Positions 1 through 10,577 of a stretch of DNA of 64,000 nt are shown here, one piece after another. Every line of letters begins with the position of its first letter. The first letter of the stretch is position 1. Both the position numbers and the translations under genes were made by a program. Origin of the DNA: Armatimonadota bacterium (GTDB lineage Bacteria > Armatimonadota > HRBIN16); the NCBI GenBank assembly GCA_963677485.1, contig OY781964.1, positions 5,156,041 to 5,220,040 of the forward strand, read 5' to 3'. The notes below the pieces were generated by a model, which saw only the letters and a list, made by a program, of their open reading frames with translations, was not told the DNA's origin and searched no databases.

Positions 1-2481
1 GACATCCTCGGTCGATGCGGCATGGGAGAGATCATCGGGATCATCACCACGTCCGAAAGCCGCTTCAAACAGCGTGGGGGTAAGTCCAAACTGCGAATAG
101 ATCCGCTGTTCCCTATCGAGGATACTGATGCACATTGTGCCCGTATCTTCGTATAGCAACGTCTGTTCGCCACGGTGCAGGTCGGCGGGTAGTTGCTCAG
201 CCACCTCTTTGAGCAGCGTATCGACGTCGTACTGGTTTTGCTGAACCGCATTCCGCAGAACGTCATGAACCCATCGCCCTTGAATAGACATGGCACTGAT
301 ATCCGCTGGGTGCAGACCCAACAGCCAACGGGCATAATGCCGGAACCGGCACTGCATGAGCTGCTGCAGTTCCGACACGCCAAATTCGCGCCGAACGGGT
401 CGGCTGGCTTGAGGCATCAGCTTGGGCAAGACAGGCCATCTTTCCCACTCCGTCCAGAGCCGCGTCAGCTCACCTTCAACCTTGACCGCACGTTTGGCCA
501 AGGAACACAATAACGGCAGCTCATCGGCCGGCAGATTGAGCCGGATCTCCCGTTCTCGGGAAAAGAGACGTTCTGCCAGCCTGAGATGACAATCCGCTTC
601 TGTCACCAGCTCAGTCACCGCATAACTGGTTTCATGCAGTCGTCGTTCGACCAGATCGTACCGGTCTTTAGGCAGTATCTTCAGAACGCTGCTGAGCAGG
701 TAACTGGGCAGTGCTTCACGATCACCCATCGTCCGAGAGAAACTCATCCACAGCGTCTGTGACGAAGAGGACACAGCTCGCAGGAATTGAAGCCGGTCAT
801 GATCACTGCTCTCATGGCTAAGCGGCATGCGGCGATGAATGAGCTGCGCGATCGATTCTCTCAGCTCATCAGAAATGAGCGGATGTTCACGGGAGCTATG
901 CGGCATCACCCCCTCTACAAGCGAGGTGATAGCCACAAATGGGTATGACCGGCTAAGCCCTGACATATGTGATACCAGTTGAACAACGTCGCTTGTAGGC
1001 ACAGTGGGGTTGTTCAGCAGCGATATCACCTGCGTTAATGGCTGATATATCTCATGCAGCTCCAGCTCAGTTTCGTTGAGTAGCTGCGAGAACACATCAA
1101 GATACACATCGACTGGCGAGTTTTCGCCAGGTTCGTCGTTGCTCAGGCTCCATTGCTCCGCGACCTGCCGGAGCAGCGCATCGAGCTCGCCTGGTTCGCT
1201 GGCTGACTGCAAGCGTATGATCTGTTCACTGAGCCGCTGGCAAGCTGTGATCATCGAGTCTGACCACTGCGGCTCTGATGTGGAACTTGGCAACTGCAGC
1301 AGCATCAAACCTGACTTAGTGCCAGCATCCCGAGCCGAACGCCTCAACCGTTCAATCTCGTAGATGTCAATCTGAAGTGTGCCCTGTCTGAGCAGATGCA
1401 ACGCATCATCACGATCGAACGAATTTAGCGATTGCGAGATCAGCATCAAGAACCGAACATGCGGATGATCGAGTAGGCTGCTGCCGCTCAGCTGATACGG
1501 TATATTCAACCTCGACAACGCCAGTTCATATGATGCTTGTGCATCCTTCAAATTGGGGATCACCACGCATATATCGGACCAACTCAGGCCCTCTCTATTG
1601 CGTCTACACAGCTCACGGGCCAGCATCTCCGCCTCAACAATAGGTGAGGGTGCATCAACCACTACCAGTTCGCCAGAATTAGGAGGATTTACATCCACCA
1701 AACCAAGCTGACCCAAAGACTGCACCAGCCATTGCGACAACGTCTCACACAGTCGGTCAGGCTGAACTATACATTCCAGGTCCGGCAGGAGTTTGAGGTC
1801 AGACAGGAAAGCTTGAAGTGATCCGTACCACTCAGGCCGGTTAATATCGCCTTCCACCAGCAGCCTTACAGTGGTGTGTCGTGCACAGGCTGTGACAAGG
1901 TTGATGAAAGCTTGCGGGGCACGTTCAAATCCAGCAAAACAAACCTCACCTGCAAGCTGTTGCGGTGCCGATTCAATGCTCTCGGCAGCCATCTGCCATA
2001 GATCGCCGGCAAGCACACGGCTTCGGCGGTGCAATGATCGGCGTAACTCCGGCAGAAGCTTGGCGAGTTCATTCAGTTTTGTGGTCTCATGAGGGTAAGA
2101 TTCGGCCAATGCCAGCAGGGCGGAAGCACCGATTTGGTGTCGGGCAAGTTCCGCCATCGTTTGTGATAGAGAGCTGATATTGCCAGGGTGGCGGCAAGCC
2201 GGGCGCAGATAGCCCTGTTCATCCAGCTTGTTCACGGAACCCCACAATGCCATCTGGATATCTAACTCAGTAGCCGCTTGAGGTGTATGCTCGGATGCCA
2301 GGCAGTTCCGGCAGAACTGGTCTATACCAATGCAACAGTCTGAGGCGTCCCCAATGCGGCTTGCAGGTGATACCGTGGGCATCACAACATGCGACAGCTC
2401 ACCCATCGACTGCTGATCGCGTAACCAGCTTCTGAGTGAGCCATCTAGAGGAAAAACCATGACATGGATCGGGTTGGCCAT
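1..2481 (-). CDS. addB: AddB/RexB-like PD-(D/E)XK nuclease-family protein; 3' end runs off the window
   Basis: Missing from the ORF track because it has no stop in the window. Manual translation from ATG 2481 (MANPIHVMVFPLDGS...) is in frame with FGVSELQQLMQCRFRHYARWLLGL...QGRWVHDVL and LFEAAFG near the window start, typical AddB nuclease-domain motifs. The middle was not translated codon by codon. Confidence 0.7.
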   Translation of the reverse strand, partial: MANPIHVMVFPLDGSLRSWLRDQQSMGELSHVVMPTVSPASRIGDASDCCIGIDQFCRNCLASEHTPQAATELDIQMALWGSVNKLDEQGYLRPACRHPGNISSLSQTMAELARHQIGASALLALAESYPHETTKLNELAKLLPELRRSLHRRSRVLAGDLWQMAAESIESAPQQLAGEVCFAGFERAPQAFINLVTACARHTTVRLLVEGDINRPEWYGSLQAFLSDLKLLPDLECIVQPDRLCETLSQWLVQSLGQLGLVDVNPPNSGELVVVDAPSPIVEAEMLARELCRRNREGLSWSDICVVIPNLKDAQASYELALSRLNIPYQLSGSSLLDHPHVRFLMLISQSLNSFDRDDALHLLRQGTLQIDIYEIERLRRSARDAGTKSGLMLLQLPSSTSEPQWSDSMITACQRLSEQIIRLQSASEPGELDALLRQVAEQWSLSNDEPGENSPVDVYLDVFSQLLNETELELHEIYQPLTQVISLLNNPTVPTSDVVQLVSHMSGLSRSYPFVAITSLVEGVMPHSSREHPLISDELRESIAQLIHRRMPLSHESSDHDRLQFLRAVSSSSQTLWMSFSRTMGDREALPSYLLSSVLKILPKDRYDLVERRLHETSYAVTELVTEADCHLRLAERLFSREREIRLNLPADELPLLCSLAKRAVKVEGELTRLWTEWERWPVLPKLMPQASRPVRREFGVSELQQLMQCRFRHYARWLLGLHPADISAMSIQGRWVHDVLRNAVQQNQYDVDTLLKEVAEQLPADLHRGEQTLLYEDTGTMCISILDREQRIYSQFGLTPTLFEAAFGRGDDPDDLSHAASTEDV

Positions 2482-2572
2482 AACATAATGGTACACGGAA
2501 ATAGGATAGATGCCACATCAAACGACGACCCGAAGTATACTTAAAACACAACACTAAGCAGTCAGGATAAGC

Positions 2573-4222
2573 ATGCCAGATCAGCAAAAGCTAGGCCGGT
2601 ATATAATCAAGCGGGAGATTGCCCGCAGCAACGACATCGTTTGGGAGGCCATTGACCCCCAGATGGGTCGGCGTGTCGCCTTAAAAGAGCTGTTCATGCC
2701 GCAGAACTCCACCCATGAACAGCACGAGGAACGTCTGCGCCGGTTCAGGCGCGAAGCACAGGCTGCTGGCCGGGCGATGCACCCCAACATCGTGACGGTG
2801 TTTGAAATCGGCGAGGCCCACGGTCGGTATTTCATCGCGATGGAATACCTTGAGGGCGACACTCTTCGTCAGATGCTGAACCAGGACGGTCCGGTGCCGG
2901 TCAATAGAGCGATACACATCATCCAGCAAGTGTTGGCAGCATTGGCGCATGCCCATCGGCTCAGTGTGGTGCATAGGGACATCAAACCCGAGAATATCCA
3001 CATACTGCCGGAAGATACGGTGAAAATCACCGATTTTGGCATCGCGCGGATATCTTTTGAGCCCAACATCACAATCAACGGCCAGGTATTCGGCACTCCC
3101 AACTATATGGCACCTGAGCAGATATCGGGCGGCACGATTGACTGTAGAACCGACATCTTTGCAGTAGGTATAGTGCTGCTCGAGATGCTTACCGGTCAAA
3201 AGCCCTTCGCAGGCGATAACCTTCAGGAGACCTCATACAACATCTGTCACCGCGAGCCGGCCTATCCTGCAGGAATTCAAGGCCCGCTGTTGGCCTTCAT
3301 TCAGCGTTGCCTTGCCAAAAGCCCCGACGACCGCTACTCGACCGCTGATCAAGCACTAACCGCCATCGGGCTTGTCCAAAGCACCCCGCACAGTCAACCG
3401 ATCTCGTATAACAGTCCGGCGGATCAGCCGGCACCTACGGTCAAGGCACCTTACATCACCCAGACACCGCAGGCACCATCCGGGCTCACGAATTACAACA
3501 TATCTCAAACGACGATGGCCCAGCCACCATCCAGTAAAATTATCATCGGTTTGAAAGCGACCTTGTTGACATGCATCATATTAACAATCATCGGCTTCGG
3601 GGTATGGATGGCATTCAAGGGATTCCAGACATATGAAGTCGGCGAAAAGCAAAAGCATCTGGACAACATCTTATCGATGGCGATGCAAAGCCACGCTGCA
3701 CAGGAATACGATACAGCCATAGCACAGTATTCACAGGTAGCTAATGACCCGGACGCGACTCCTGACCAGCGCAATACCGCAAAGCGAAATGCCGCGACAT
3801 CTGCAATGTGGGCTGAGGATCGCGAATTGAAACAAGCAAAGAGTGCAACCGATCTCCGGATGGCATATTTCTATTTCAAAAAGGCCCATGAATCAGACGC
3901 TCAGTATGAAGACGTAACCACATATATAAACAGGAACGCTATCAGACTACATATACTTAATCCAGATTCACAATCTACAGTACCGGTGGCTCCACCCAAG
4001 GAAGAAAACATCACTCCGCCTGCCAACCCAAGTGACCTGACATCCGCCAATCAGTATTACCAGAACGGCCTAAAGGCCTACAACGAAGGCCGATCGGAAG
4101 ATGCTCTGCAGCAGTTTAACGCAGCCATCCGAAGTGCTCCATCAAGTAAGACTGCCAGTGATGCTGCGAAGATGATCACCCAGATCTCCTTTATGAAGGA
4201 CCAAACCACTTCTCCCAACTGA
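2573..4222 (+). CDS. Membrane-anchored Hanks-type Ser/Thr protein kinase with C-terminal TPR-like domain
   Basis: VALKEL, HRDIKPEN, DFGIA and GTPNYMAPEQ motifs; TM segment (LLTCIILTIIGFGVWM); TPR-like helices. Confidence 0.92.
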   Translation: MPDQQKLGRYIIKREIARSNDIVWEAIDPQMGRRVALKELFMPQNSTHEQHEERLRRFRREAQAAGRAMHPNIVTVFEIGEAHGRYFIAMEYLEGDTLRQMLNQDGPVPVNRAIHIIQQVLAALAHAHRLSVVHRDIKPENIHILPEDTVKITDFGIARISFEPNITINGQVFGTPNYMAPEQISGGTIDCRTDIFAVGIVLLEMLTGQKPFAGDNLQETSYNICHREPAYPAGIQGPLLAFIQRCLAKSPDDRYSTADQALTAIGLVQSTPHSQPISYNSPADQPAPTVKAPYITQTPQAPSGLTNYNISQTTMAQPPSSKIIIGLKATLLTCIILTIIGFGVWMAFKGFQTYEVGEKQKHLDNILSMAMQSHAAQEYDTAIAQYSQVANDPDATPDQRNTAKRNAATSAMWAEDRELKQAKSATDLRMAYFYFKKAHESDAQYEDVTTYINRNAIRLHILNPDSQSTVPVAPPKEENITPPANPSDLTSANQYYQNGLKAYNEGRSEDALQQFNAAIRSAPSSKTASDAAKMITQISFMKDQTTSPN

Positions 4223-4263
4223 CAACCAAGGCTTGTTATACTATAGTTGGGGGATATTACGAC

Positions 4264-5220
4264 TTGCGACAACAGCTCACTCTCGATCGCCGCGCTCAGT
4301 ATTTAAGAAGCAGACGGCGGCCACTCTGGGTACCATTTGTCATCATTTTAGGAATTATTTGTATACTTGCCAGTGGGTATTTTGCCTACATCGTTGCCAA
4401 AAGTCCTGCCATACGCAAGACGCTTCAGGCGACCTGGTATTACCGAGGTCTGTCCCCTGCTAAGACATTCCCACATCAGCAAGCGATCACGCTGCTAGTG
4501 ATGGGCAGCGATGAAAACCGTGATAATCAAAAGCGGATCAGCACCAAAATCACACGCAGCGACACCATCATGCTCGCTCGTTTCAACTTTGTCACACGGA
4601 CGGTAGGTATTCTATCAATCCCTCGCGACACCTGGGTGGATATCCCTGGGCATGGAAAACACAAAATCAACGCGGCCCACGCTATCGGTGGGTCCGAACT
4701 GGTGACGGCGACTCTGCGCGACTGGATTGGTGTGACCTCTGACCAGTGGGTAAGCATTAACTATAGCGGGTTCAAGCAGGCGGTAGATGCGCTGGGCGGG
4801 ATCAAGCTCAATGTTGACAAGCAACTAGACTACGATGACAACTGGGGCGACCTTCACGTTCATCTGAAACCAGGTGATCAGGTTCTCAACGGAGACCAGG
4901 CACTGGGGTTCGTCCGTATTCGGAAATGCGACAGCGACTTTGGGCGGATCGAACGGCAGCAGCAGTTTATGCACGCGCTAAAGCTTAAGCTCGCAGACCC
5001 CGTCACATACGCAAAGGCCCCTGATGTGCTCAACGCCATCATGGAAAATGTGCATAGCGATATGGACTATGGCCAAATGCTCTCACTGGCAAACTGGAGC
5101 CGCAGTCTACCCGCCAGCAGCATCACGATGAAGACAGTGCCCGCAGAACCGTGTGGTAACGCCGTCTGCGCCGATGACGACCAGCTCCGCGCGATCGTCG
5201 CAGAGTTGTTTCTGAACTAA
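4264..5220 (+). CDS. LCP (LytR-CpsA-Psr) family cell-wall glycopolymer ligase
   Basis: N-terminal TM; LLVMGSD, RSDTIML, SIPRDTWV, KINAA, SDFGRIERQQ. Confidence 0.93.
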   Translation: MRQQLTLDRRAQYLRSRRRPLWVPFVIILGIICILASGYFAYIVAKSPAIRKTLQATWYYRGLSPAKTFPHQQAITLLVMGSDENRDNQKRISTKITRSDTIMLARFNFVTRTVGILSIPRDTWVDIPGHGKHKINAAHAIGGSELVTATLRDWIGVTSDQWVSINYSGFKQAVDALGGIKLNVDKQLDYDDNWGDLHVHLKPGDQVLNGDQALGFVRIRKCDSDFGRIERQQQFMHALKLKLADPVTYAKAPDVLNAIMENVHSDMDYGQMLSLANWSRSLPASSITMKTVPAEPCGNAVCADDDQLRAIVAELFLN

Positions 5221-5240
5221 GGCGAGTTTCGCGACCGCAT

Positions 5241-6845
5241 TTACTTGGACCTGTCTGGCATCAACGCCTTGAGTACCTCGCGGTCAGGCGTCTGATTGCC
5301 GGCGGGTCCAAACGGTGTTCTCGGCGCACTCATCACAGTGAATGTCTCATTGTATGACCAGTAGGCCCAGCCAATGCCATATGCATCAAATAGCGAACGA
5401 ACCTCATTGATGTACCGGCAGCGGTCTGCTGGTGATGCGCCATCCTGAAAACAGCCAAACTCCGCACACCATATCTTCAACTTGCCGCCGCCATAATACA
5501 TATTCCAGGCATTCAACTGTTCGATTCTGGCTTGTAGCCGCGCCTTGTTCCAGTTTTCAACGGCATATCGCTCAATCTCAATCTTCATTCGATCTTGCCA
5601 CGGCTCCGGAACCGATGTTAGATATGTATGCATCTCCTTAAGCAGTTCAGGGCTTGATGGGTAAGGCAGGTTCCTCAGATACTGCAAACCCGCTGTCTGC
5701 CACGCTCCAGCTTGGAAGGTAAATACATGAGGTTCATAGAACGTAAAACTATACATGACATTTACATCATGCACCGGAGTAATGTCGTAGAAACCCTCGA
5801 TTTGCCCCGTCATATCCCCGCTTAGTATCAGCGTGTGGGCAGGCATAGGCTTTCGCAGCACATTCCATATGCGGTGCTGAAGCTTGTCCCAGTGATTCCA
5901 ATCTTCCCATTTTGTGCTTGACCCAAATGGCTCCGTCATGAGTTGTAGTGCGAGTTGGTCAGGATCCCATCGATGGGCCAGATAAGCCCCGAACTCACGG
6001 TAGAAGAGCAGCAAACTCTCGAACCGGCTTTCGCTGCGAAGGCACTCTTGCTTGAAGTCATTCTCGGGGTGTATGCACACCACAACCGGAAGCTTAATAT
6101 GGCTTGCAGTGTTGATAACTTGCTCGATGTACCGAATGCGAACTAAGTCGAGTCCGTCAACCGACATAAACACAGCGGGGTTGACCAACAGCTTGACGAA
6201 CTCAAATCCCATGGACTTAATGAGTTCGATGTCCCCTCTCTCGATGGTGGCATATGGACCGGGCGGTATGGTCCGTATCTGGCGGTCAATGGCAATGCCG
6301 TGGTTGAGTTGCAGTCTGAGTTTTGCAGCCGGTGCCAGATGCTGAGCGGATGCAGACTTATTCGTCGTACCACTGGCTATGTAGAACCGAACTTCGCTGA
6401 GGCCGTATAGGCCATCAGGATCACCGTAATTGCCAACGTTGGGTCCTTCTACAGCAGCGATCCTTACGGCCTTGGCTCGAATGCCACGGAAATCCACAGT
6501 GGTGTCATGCGGGTGGTTTGGTGAGCCAGAAGCTTGAGCCAACACGTAATAGCCCAGTTTATGCCATCTGCGGCCATCTGAGGAATATTCGATCTCAACA
6601 TTCCGAAGTCCGCGGCGGGTGTTTTCGTTGTAGTTCCACACCCACATCTCGGCGATGGAATGGACTTGGCTGAACTCGAACTTGATCCAGACGCCACCAG
6701 TTGCGGTCGTCCCCCAGGTGTTAGCCCAGCGATTATCGCAGAGGTCACCCACCATGCCACTGTTGTTGATGGTATTCACCGCTGGCCGGTCACTTTCGTT
6801 TGAAGCCGTGACCTTGATCTCGAAGCCCGTTAACGCCCTTGACAT
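5241..6845 (-). CDS. GH5 (cellulase-family) glycoside hydrolase with N-terminal discoidin/galactose-binding-like domain
   Basis: LMTEP acid/base, FTFYEPHVFTFQ, CAEFG nucleophile, IGWAYWSY; N-terminal VWNYN...IEYSSDG beta-sandwich. Start could be 6854. Confidence 0.8.
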   Translation of the reverse strand: MSRALTGFEIKVTASNESDRPAVNTINNSGMVGDLCDNRWANTWGTTATGGVWIKFEFSQVHSIAEMWVWNYNENTRRGLRNVEIEYSSDGRRWHKLGYYVLAQASGSPNHPHDTTVDFRGIRAKAVRIAAVEGPNVGNYGDPDGLYGLSEVRFYIASGTTNKSASAQHLAPAAKLRLQLNHGIAIDRQIRTIPPGPYATIERGDIELIKSMGFEFVKLLVNPAVFMSVDGLDLVRIRYIEQVINTASHIKLPVVVCIHPENDFKQECLRSESRFESLLLFYREFGAYLAHRWDPDQLALQLMTEPFGSSTKWEDWNHWDKLQHRIWNVLRKPMPAHTLILSGDMTGQIEGFYDITPVHDVNVMYSFTFYEPHVFTFQAGAWQTAGLQYLRNLPYPSSPELLKEMHTYLTSVPEPWQDRMKIEIERYAVENWNKARLQARIEQLNAWNMYYGGGKLKIWCAEFGCFQDGASPADRCRYINEVRSLFDAYGIGWAYWSYNETFTVMSAPRTPFGPAGNQTPDREVLKALMPDRSK

Positions 6846-6881
6846 GCCAGTCACCCTTCTGCTCGAAAACCGTGTAAGAAC

Positions 6882-8003
6882 TTACAGGCTTGTAGACAGC
6901 ACCCTGGCGACACGTGTGGATATGTGCGTACACACTTCATGCGGATTCGTCTCAAGCCAGCCGGCGACTTCCTTCGCCGTGATGGTGTTAATGCCTTGTC
7001 GGCCGATGATCACCACATCGTCGCCGATCGCGGCTCCTGGAGTGGTGGCGTCCACCATCATTTGATCCATACAGACTCGACCTACCACGCGAACACGCTG
7101 ACCGCGCAACAGCACCTGCCCCTGGTTACTCAGTTTTCGGGAAAAACAGTCGCCATATCCAGCGCCCAAAGTGGCGATGAGCGTCTCACGCTCTGTCACA
7201 TAGGAGCCTGCATACCCCACCAGAGTTCCTTTCGGTACTGTGCGCAGAGCAGTCACCCTGGTATGGATGCTCATCATGGGATGAAGCCCTGTGGCCTGCT
7301 GGTTCGTGCCATTCGGGGCAATACCATACAGGCTCAGCCCCAGTCTGACCATATCACCATGGGTCTGTTTATGCAGGAATGTAGCCGCACTGGCGGCCGC
7401 ATGTTTGGTGAGGCTGCGTCCCAAAGCACTCTCCGCTTGCACAGCGGTGAGGTGGAACTGCTCCCACTGAGCTCGGGTCAACTCAGGCATGGTGTCAGCA
7501 CAAGGAAAGTGTGTCGCGATACCCTTCACACATATGCCGGGCAGTTTGTCCAACTCAACGGCCATTTGCACGGCTTGATCGGGGGCAACCCCAAACCGGC
7601 ACATGCCGATATCAACCTTCAAATGAACTGCCATCCTCTGCTCATTCCGAGCGGCTATACGTCCAAAAGCTTCAGTGAACACATGATCTTGCACCAGAGG
7701 AATGCTGCGGGTGGCAAATACCTCCTCGGCTTCCTGAGGCAACACAGGGCTCAAGATGATGATATCCGACTGGCACCCGGCGTCTCTCAGTTCCCAGGCT
7801 TCGCTCAGCGTAGCCACGCCAAACCGGCTGATTCCCAACCGCTCCAGCTCTGGGACTATCGTGACAGCCCCATGACCATACGCATTCCCCTTCACAACAC
7901 CCATGATCTGGGTGCCTGGAGTCAGCAATTCGTTGATAATGCCTACATTGTGAGCCAGTGATTTGATATCGAGTAACGCATATGTCCGCAGGAAATGATC
8001 CAA
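6882..8003 (-). CDS. alr: Alanine racemase
   Basis: VVKGNAYGHG PLP-lysine motif, HLKVDIGMCRFG, GRVCMDQ. Confidence 0.96.
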   Translation of the reverse strand: MDHFLRTYALLDIKSLAHNVGIINELLTPGTQIMGVVKGNAYGHGAVTIVPELERLGISRFGVATLSEAWELRDAGCQSDIIILSPVLPQEAEEVFATRSIPLVQDHVFTEAFGRIAARNEQRMAVHLKVDIGMCRFGVAPDQAVQMAVELDKLPGICVKGIATHFPCADTMPELTRAQWEQFHLTAVQAESALGRSLTKHAAASAATFLHKQTHGDMVRLGLSLYGIAPNGTNQQATGLHPMMSIHTRVTALRTVPKGTLVGYAGSYVTERETLIATLGAGYGDCFSRKLSNQGQVLLRGQRVRVVGRVCMDQMMVDATTPGAAIGDDVVIIGRQGINTITAKEVAGWLETNPHEVCTHISTRVARVLSTSL

Positions 8004-8262
8004 GTTTTCACCTTGTAATGGGCAAGTCTAGGAGTCATACGGCTCCCAACCATGATTGTACATGGAACTGAGGGCAGTGTGGGAATGAAACGAGCATAAG
8101 GATCGCCGACCTCACCTGCCCCATCGTGTCTGTCGATGGATACACATGGCATTCTAGGTATTTTCAACTCCGTATAGACGTGCCTCCATCCACGGTAATC
8201 ACTGTCATTTGTTTTATTTCCACACATTTTTCCATAAATATGCTCAAAATACCGGAAACATC

Positions 8263-8311
8263 TTGACAATATTCAACATGTACGGCCACAATATGAATGA
8301 ACGTTCATTCA
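8263..8311 (+). promoter_or_regulatory. Sigma70-like promoter with overlapping 18-bp palindromic TetR operator
   Basis: TTGACA (8263-8268), 18 nt, CACAAT (8287-8292); perfect palindrome TGAATGAACGTTCATTCA at 8294-8311 directly upstream of tetR. Confidence 0.75.
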
Positions 8312-8329
8312 ACACAAGAGGCGATAGAC

Positions 8330-8995
8330 ATGCAAGAGGCACGTAAACGGCAGCAGGGTCAGAATCCTGATGTCAAGCGTCGGATCATCGATGCGGCTGA
8401 ACACCTGTTTGCAGACAAAGGATTTGACGCCACTTCGATCAGCGACATCACCAAAGAAGCCGATGTTGCTCGTGCGCTCATTTACTATTACTTTAAAGAC
8501 AAGCTAGGTCTTTACGAATCCATCATCCAAGATGGCAATGACTATGTCGGCAGCTGCGCGCAGGAAGCCGCGGACACTATAGGATCTACGCTCGATAGGC
8601 TGCGTGTTTTCATGGCCAGGCTAAGACAACTGCACATCGATCGGCCCAGCCACTCACGTTTGACTGTCCGCGCTTATTTGGAAAACAACCTGTCGTTTGA
8701 CCAGAAAATGCGTGAAAGTTTTAGCCGTGTATCAACTTTACTAGGGCAAATCATCACCGAAGGCATTAACAAAGGTGAACTACGTGACGTAGATGTCGAC
8801 AAAACCATACATATGGTGATGGGCATAGTACACTCGCTGGTGATGATGCAAATACAAAGCAACTACGTGAATGCAACCGATCGTGACATAGATTTCGCGA
8901 TTGAAATTCTAGAACATGGTATCGGTAAAGACCCTGCTAGCCAACCGGCATCTTCTGGCAACCACCCAGAGATAAATGGAGACCAAAATGGATAG
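8330..8995 (+). CDS. TetR/AcrR family regulator
   Basis: IIDAAEHLFADKGFDATSISDITKEADVARALIYYYFKDK HTH; GAGG RBS before ATG 8330. Confidence 0.93.
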   Translation: MQEARKRQQGQNPDVKRRIIDAAEHLFADKGFDATSISDITKEADVARALIYYYFKDKLGLYESIIQDGNDYVGSCAQEAADTIGSTLDRLRVFMARLRQLHIDRPSHSRLTVRAYLENNLSFDQKMRESFSRVSTLLGQIITEGINKGELRDVDVDKTIHMVMGIVHSLVMMQIQSNYVNATDRDIDFAIEILEHGIGKDPASQPASSGNHPEINGDQNG

Positions 8996-10577
8996 ATATT
9001 ACAAAACAGCCATAAGTTTACTTACGGTAAGCATGCTGGCCACTGGAGTGCAGGCCCAAACACCTGCATCTGAGCCAGTCATGCTGAAAAACCTGATTCC
9101 ACAAATATGCCCAGCCAACCCGGGTCACCAAGTGACAACAGGGAGCCAGCCAATCGCGTCACTCCCTATGACCGTAAAGGTACCCGACGTGAAGAGCCCA
9201 ACGAATATGTTGGGCGATACCGTACAGACGCCTGCAGATTCCTCAGCACATGCGGCAATCAAAACCGATGTGCCATCCTTACCAGGTGCCTCTGTACCAG
9301 AGGATATCAAGAGCCCAATCAGCCTTGAGAAGGCCATACAAATCGCCTTTCAGTGCAGCCCGGACATACAGAGCGCCATTGCTCAGGTAGAGGCCTCAAG
9401 AGGAGGTATCGATGCTGCCAAGGCGAGTTTCAACCCGGTCTTCAAACTGCAGGCATCGTCTACTCTTCAAGGACCTGAAAGTGCTGCTGTCCAAACAAGC
9501 TCCACTATGGCAGGGTTAACGGCGGTTCTACCACTCGATGTGTCACGACAGTTAAAATACAGTTCTGACATCACACAGATGCAGTTCCAACTCCAGTATC
9601 TTCAGATGGTCTCCGCTTCGGAGCAGTTGATACTCAAGGTCAAAACCGCATATTACACGCTCTTGCGATCATGCGGTCAAGAGACAGTGCGTCAAGCGGC
9701 GGTCGATGATTCAAAACTGCGTCTTGAGAATATAAAGGCAAAACGGACAGAAGGCACAGTGCCTCAGTTCGATGTCACTACGGCTGAAGTTGAGCTAGAT
9801 AATCTCAACCAGCAGCTCATCTCGGCCCAAAGCCAGGTAAGGTTGGCTCAAGCCGGATTGAACGCGGCCATGGGTGTGGATGTCAACTACCCAACCCAGG
9901 TTGTCTCTTCGGACGTACAAATCGGCATCCGCGAAGTTGACATACCAAGCGTCACAGCACAAGCATATGCCAAAAGGACCGATGTGAAATCCGCTCAGGT
10001 CTCTGTGGCACTGGGCAATAAGAATATCACGCTGCAGAAGACTGGCCTCTCCCCTACCGCCAACATCACCGGAGCAAGCAGCTATAACTTCAATCCCTCC
10101 GCCATGAGCACCGATAACTATTCATGGCAGGCGACCGTGACGCTCAGCATCCCGCTTTCAGATGGCGGGGCGACTAAGGCGAGGGTTCGTCAGGCGCAGG
10201 CCAATGCGCAGTCATCAGTGTCGTCACTCGACCGAACCCTGCTCACTGTCTCAAATGAGTTGAGAACCATCGCACTGAACCTGCAGGATGCTGCACAACG
10301 CACGCAAACCACGGAACACGCGGTCACCTTGGCGATCGATGCCCTCGATATCGCTAAAGAGAGATACAGTGCAGGCATAGCTGTTCAAGTTGAGGTTTCA
10401 AACGCGCAGTCACAACTCACACAGGCTAGATTTAACTACGTCAACGCATTGTTTGACTATGCTGTTGCCACCGCTCAACTGGAAAAAGCGACATCCTCAC
10501 AGACAGAGATGAACAATCTGGAATTACTCGCTGATCAAAGCCTCAACACTTCACATGATAAGGAGCCACGAAAATGA
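8988..10577 (+). CDS. TolC-family outer-membrane efflux protein
   Basis: Signal peptide, two OEP-type helical repeats, ERYSAG...EVSNAQ motif; operon context. Confidence 0.88.
   Translation: MDRYYKTAISLLTVSMLATGVQAQTPASEPVMLKNLIPQICPANPGHQVTTGSQPIASLPMTVKVPDVKSPTNMLGDTVQTPADSSAHAAIKTDVPSLPGASVPEDIKSPISLEKAIQIAFQCSPDIQSAIAQVEASRGGIDAAKASFNPVFKLQASSTLQGPESAAVQTSSTMAGLTAVLPLDVSRQLKYSSDITQMQFQLQYLQMVSASEQLILKVKTAYYTLLRSCGQETVRQAAVDDSKLRLENIKAKRTEGTVPQFDVTTAEVELDNLNQQLISAQSQVRLAQAGLNAAMGVDVNYPTQVVSSDVQIGIREVDIPSVTAQAYAKRTDVKSAQVSVALGNKNITLQKTGLSPTANITGASSYNFNPSAMSTDNYSWQATVTLSIPLSDGGATKARVRQAQANAQSSVSSLDRTLLTVSNELRTIALNLQDAAQRTQTTEHAVTLAIDALDIAKERYSAGIAVQVEVSNAQSQLTQARFNYVNALFDYAVATAQLEKATSSQTEMNNLELLADQSLNTSHDKEPRK

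Noticed and set aside
193-2177. Short ORFs listed in the first 2.2 kb
   Set aside because: They overlap the long minus-strand AddB-like frame.
6924-7961. 345-aa plus-strand ORF
   Set aside because: Antisense shadow of alr; the same applies to the long antisense ORFs over the GRE, glmS and PPIase genes.
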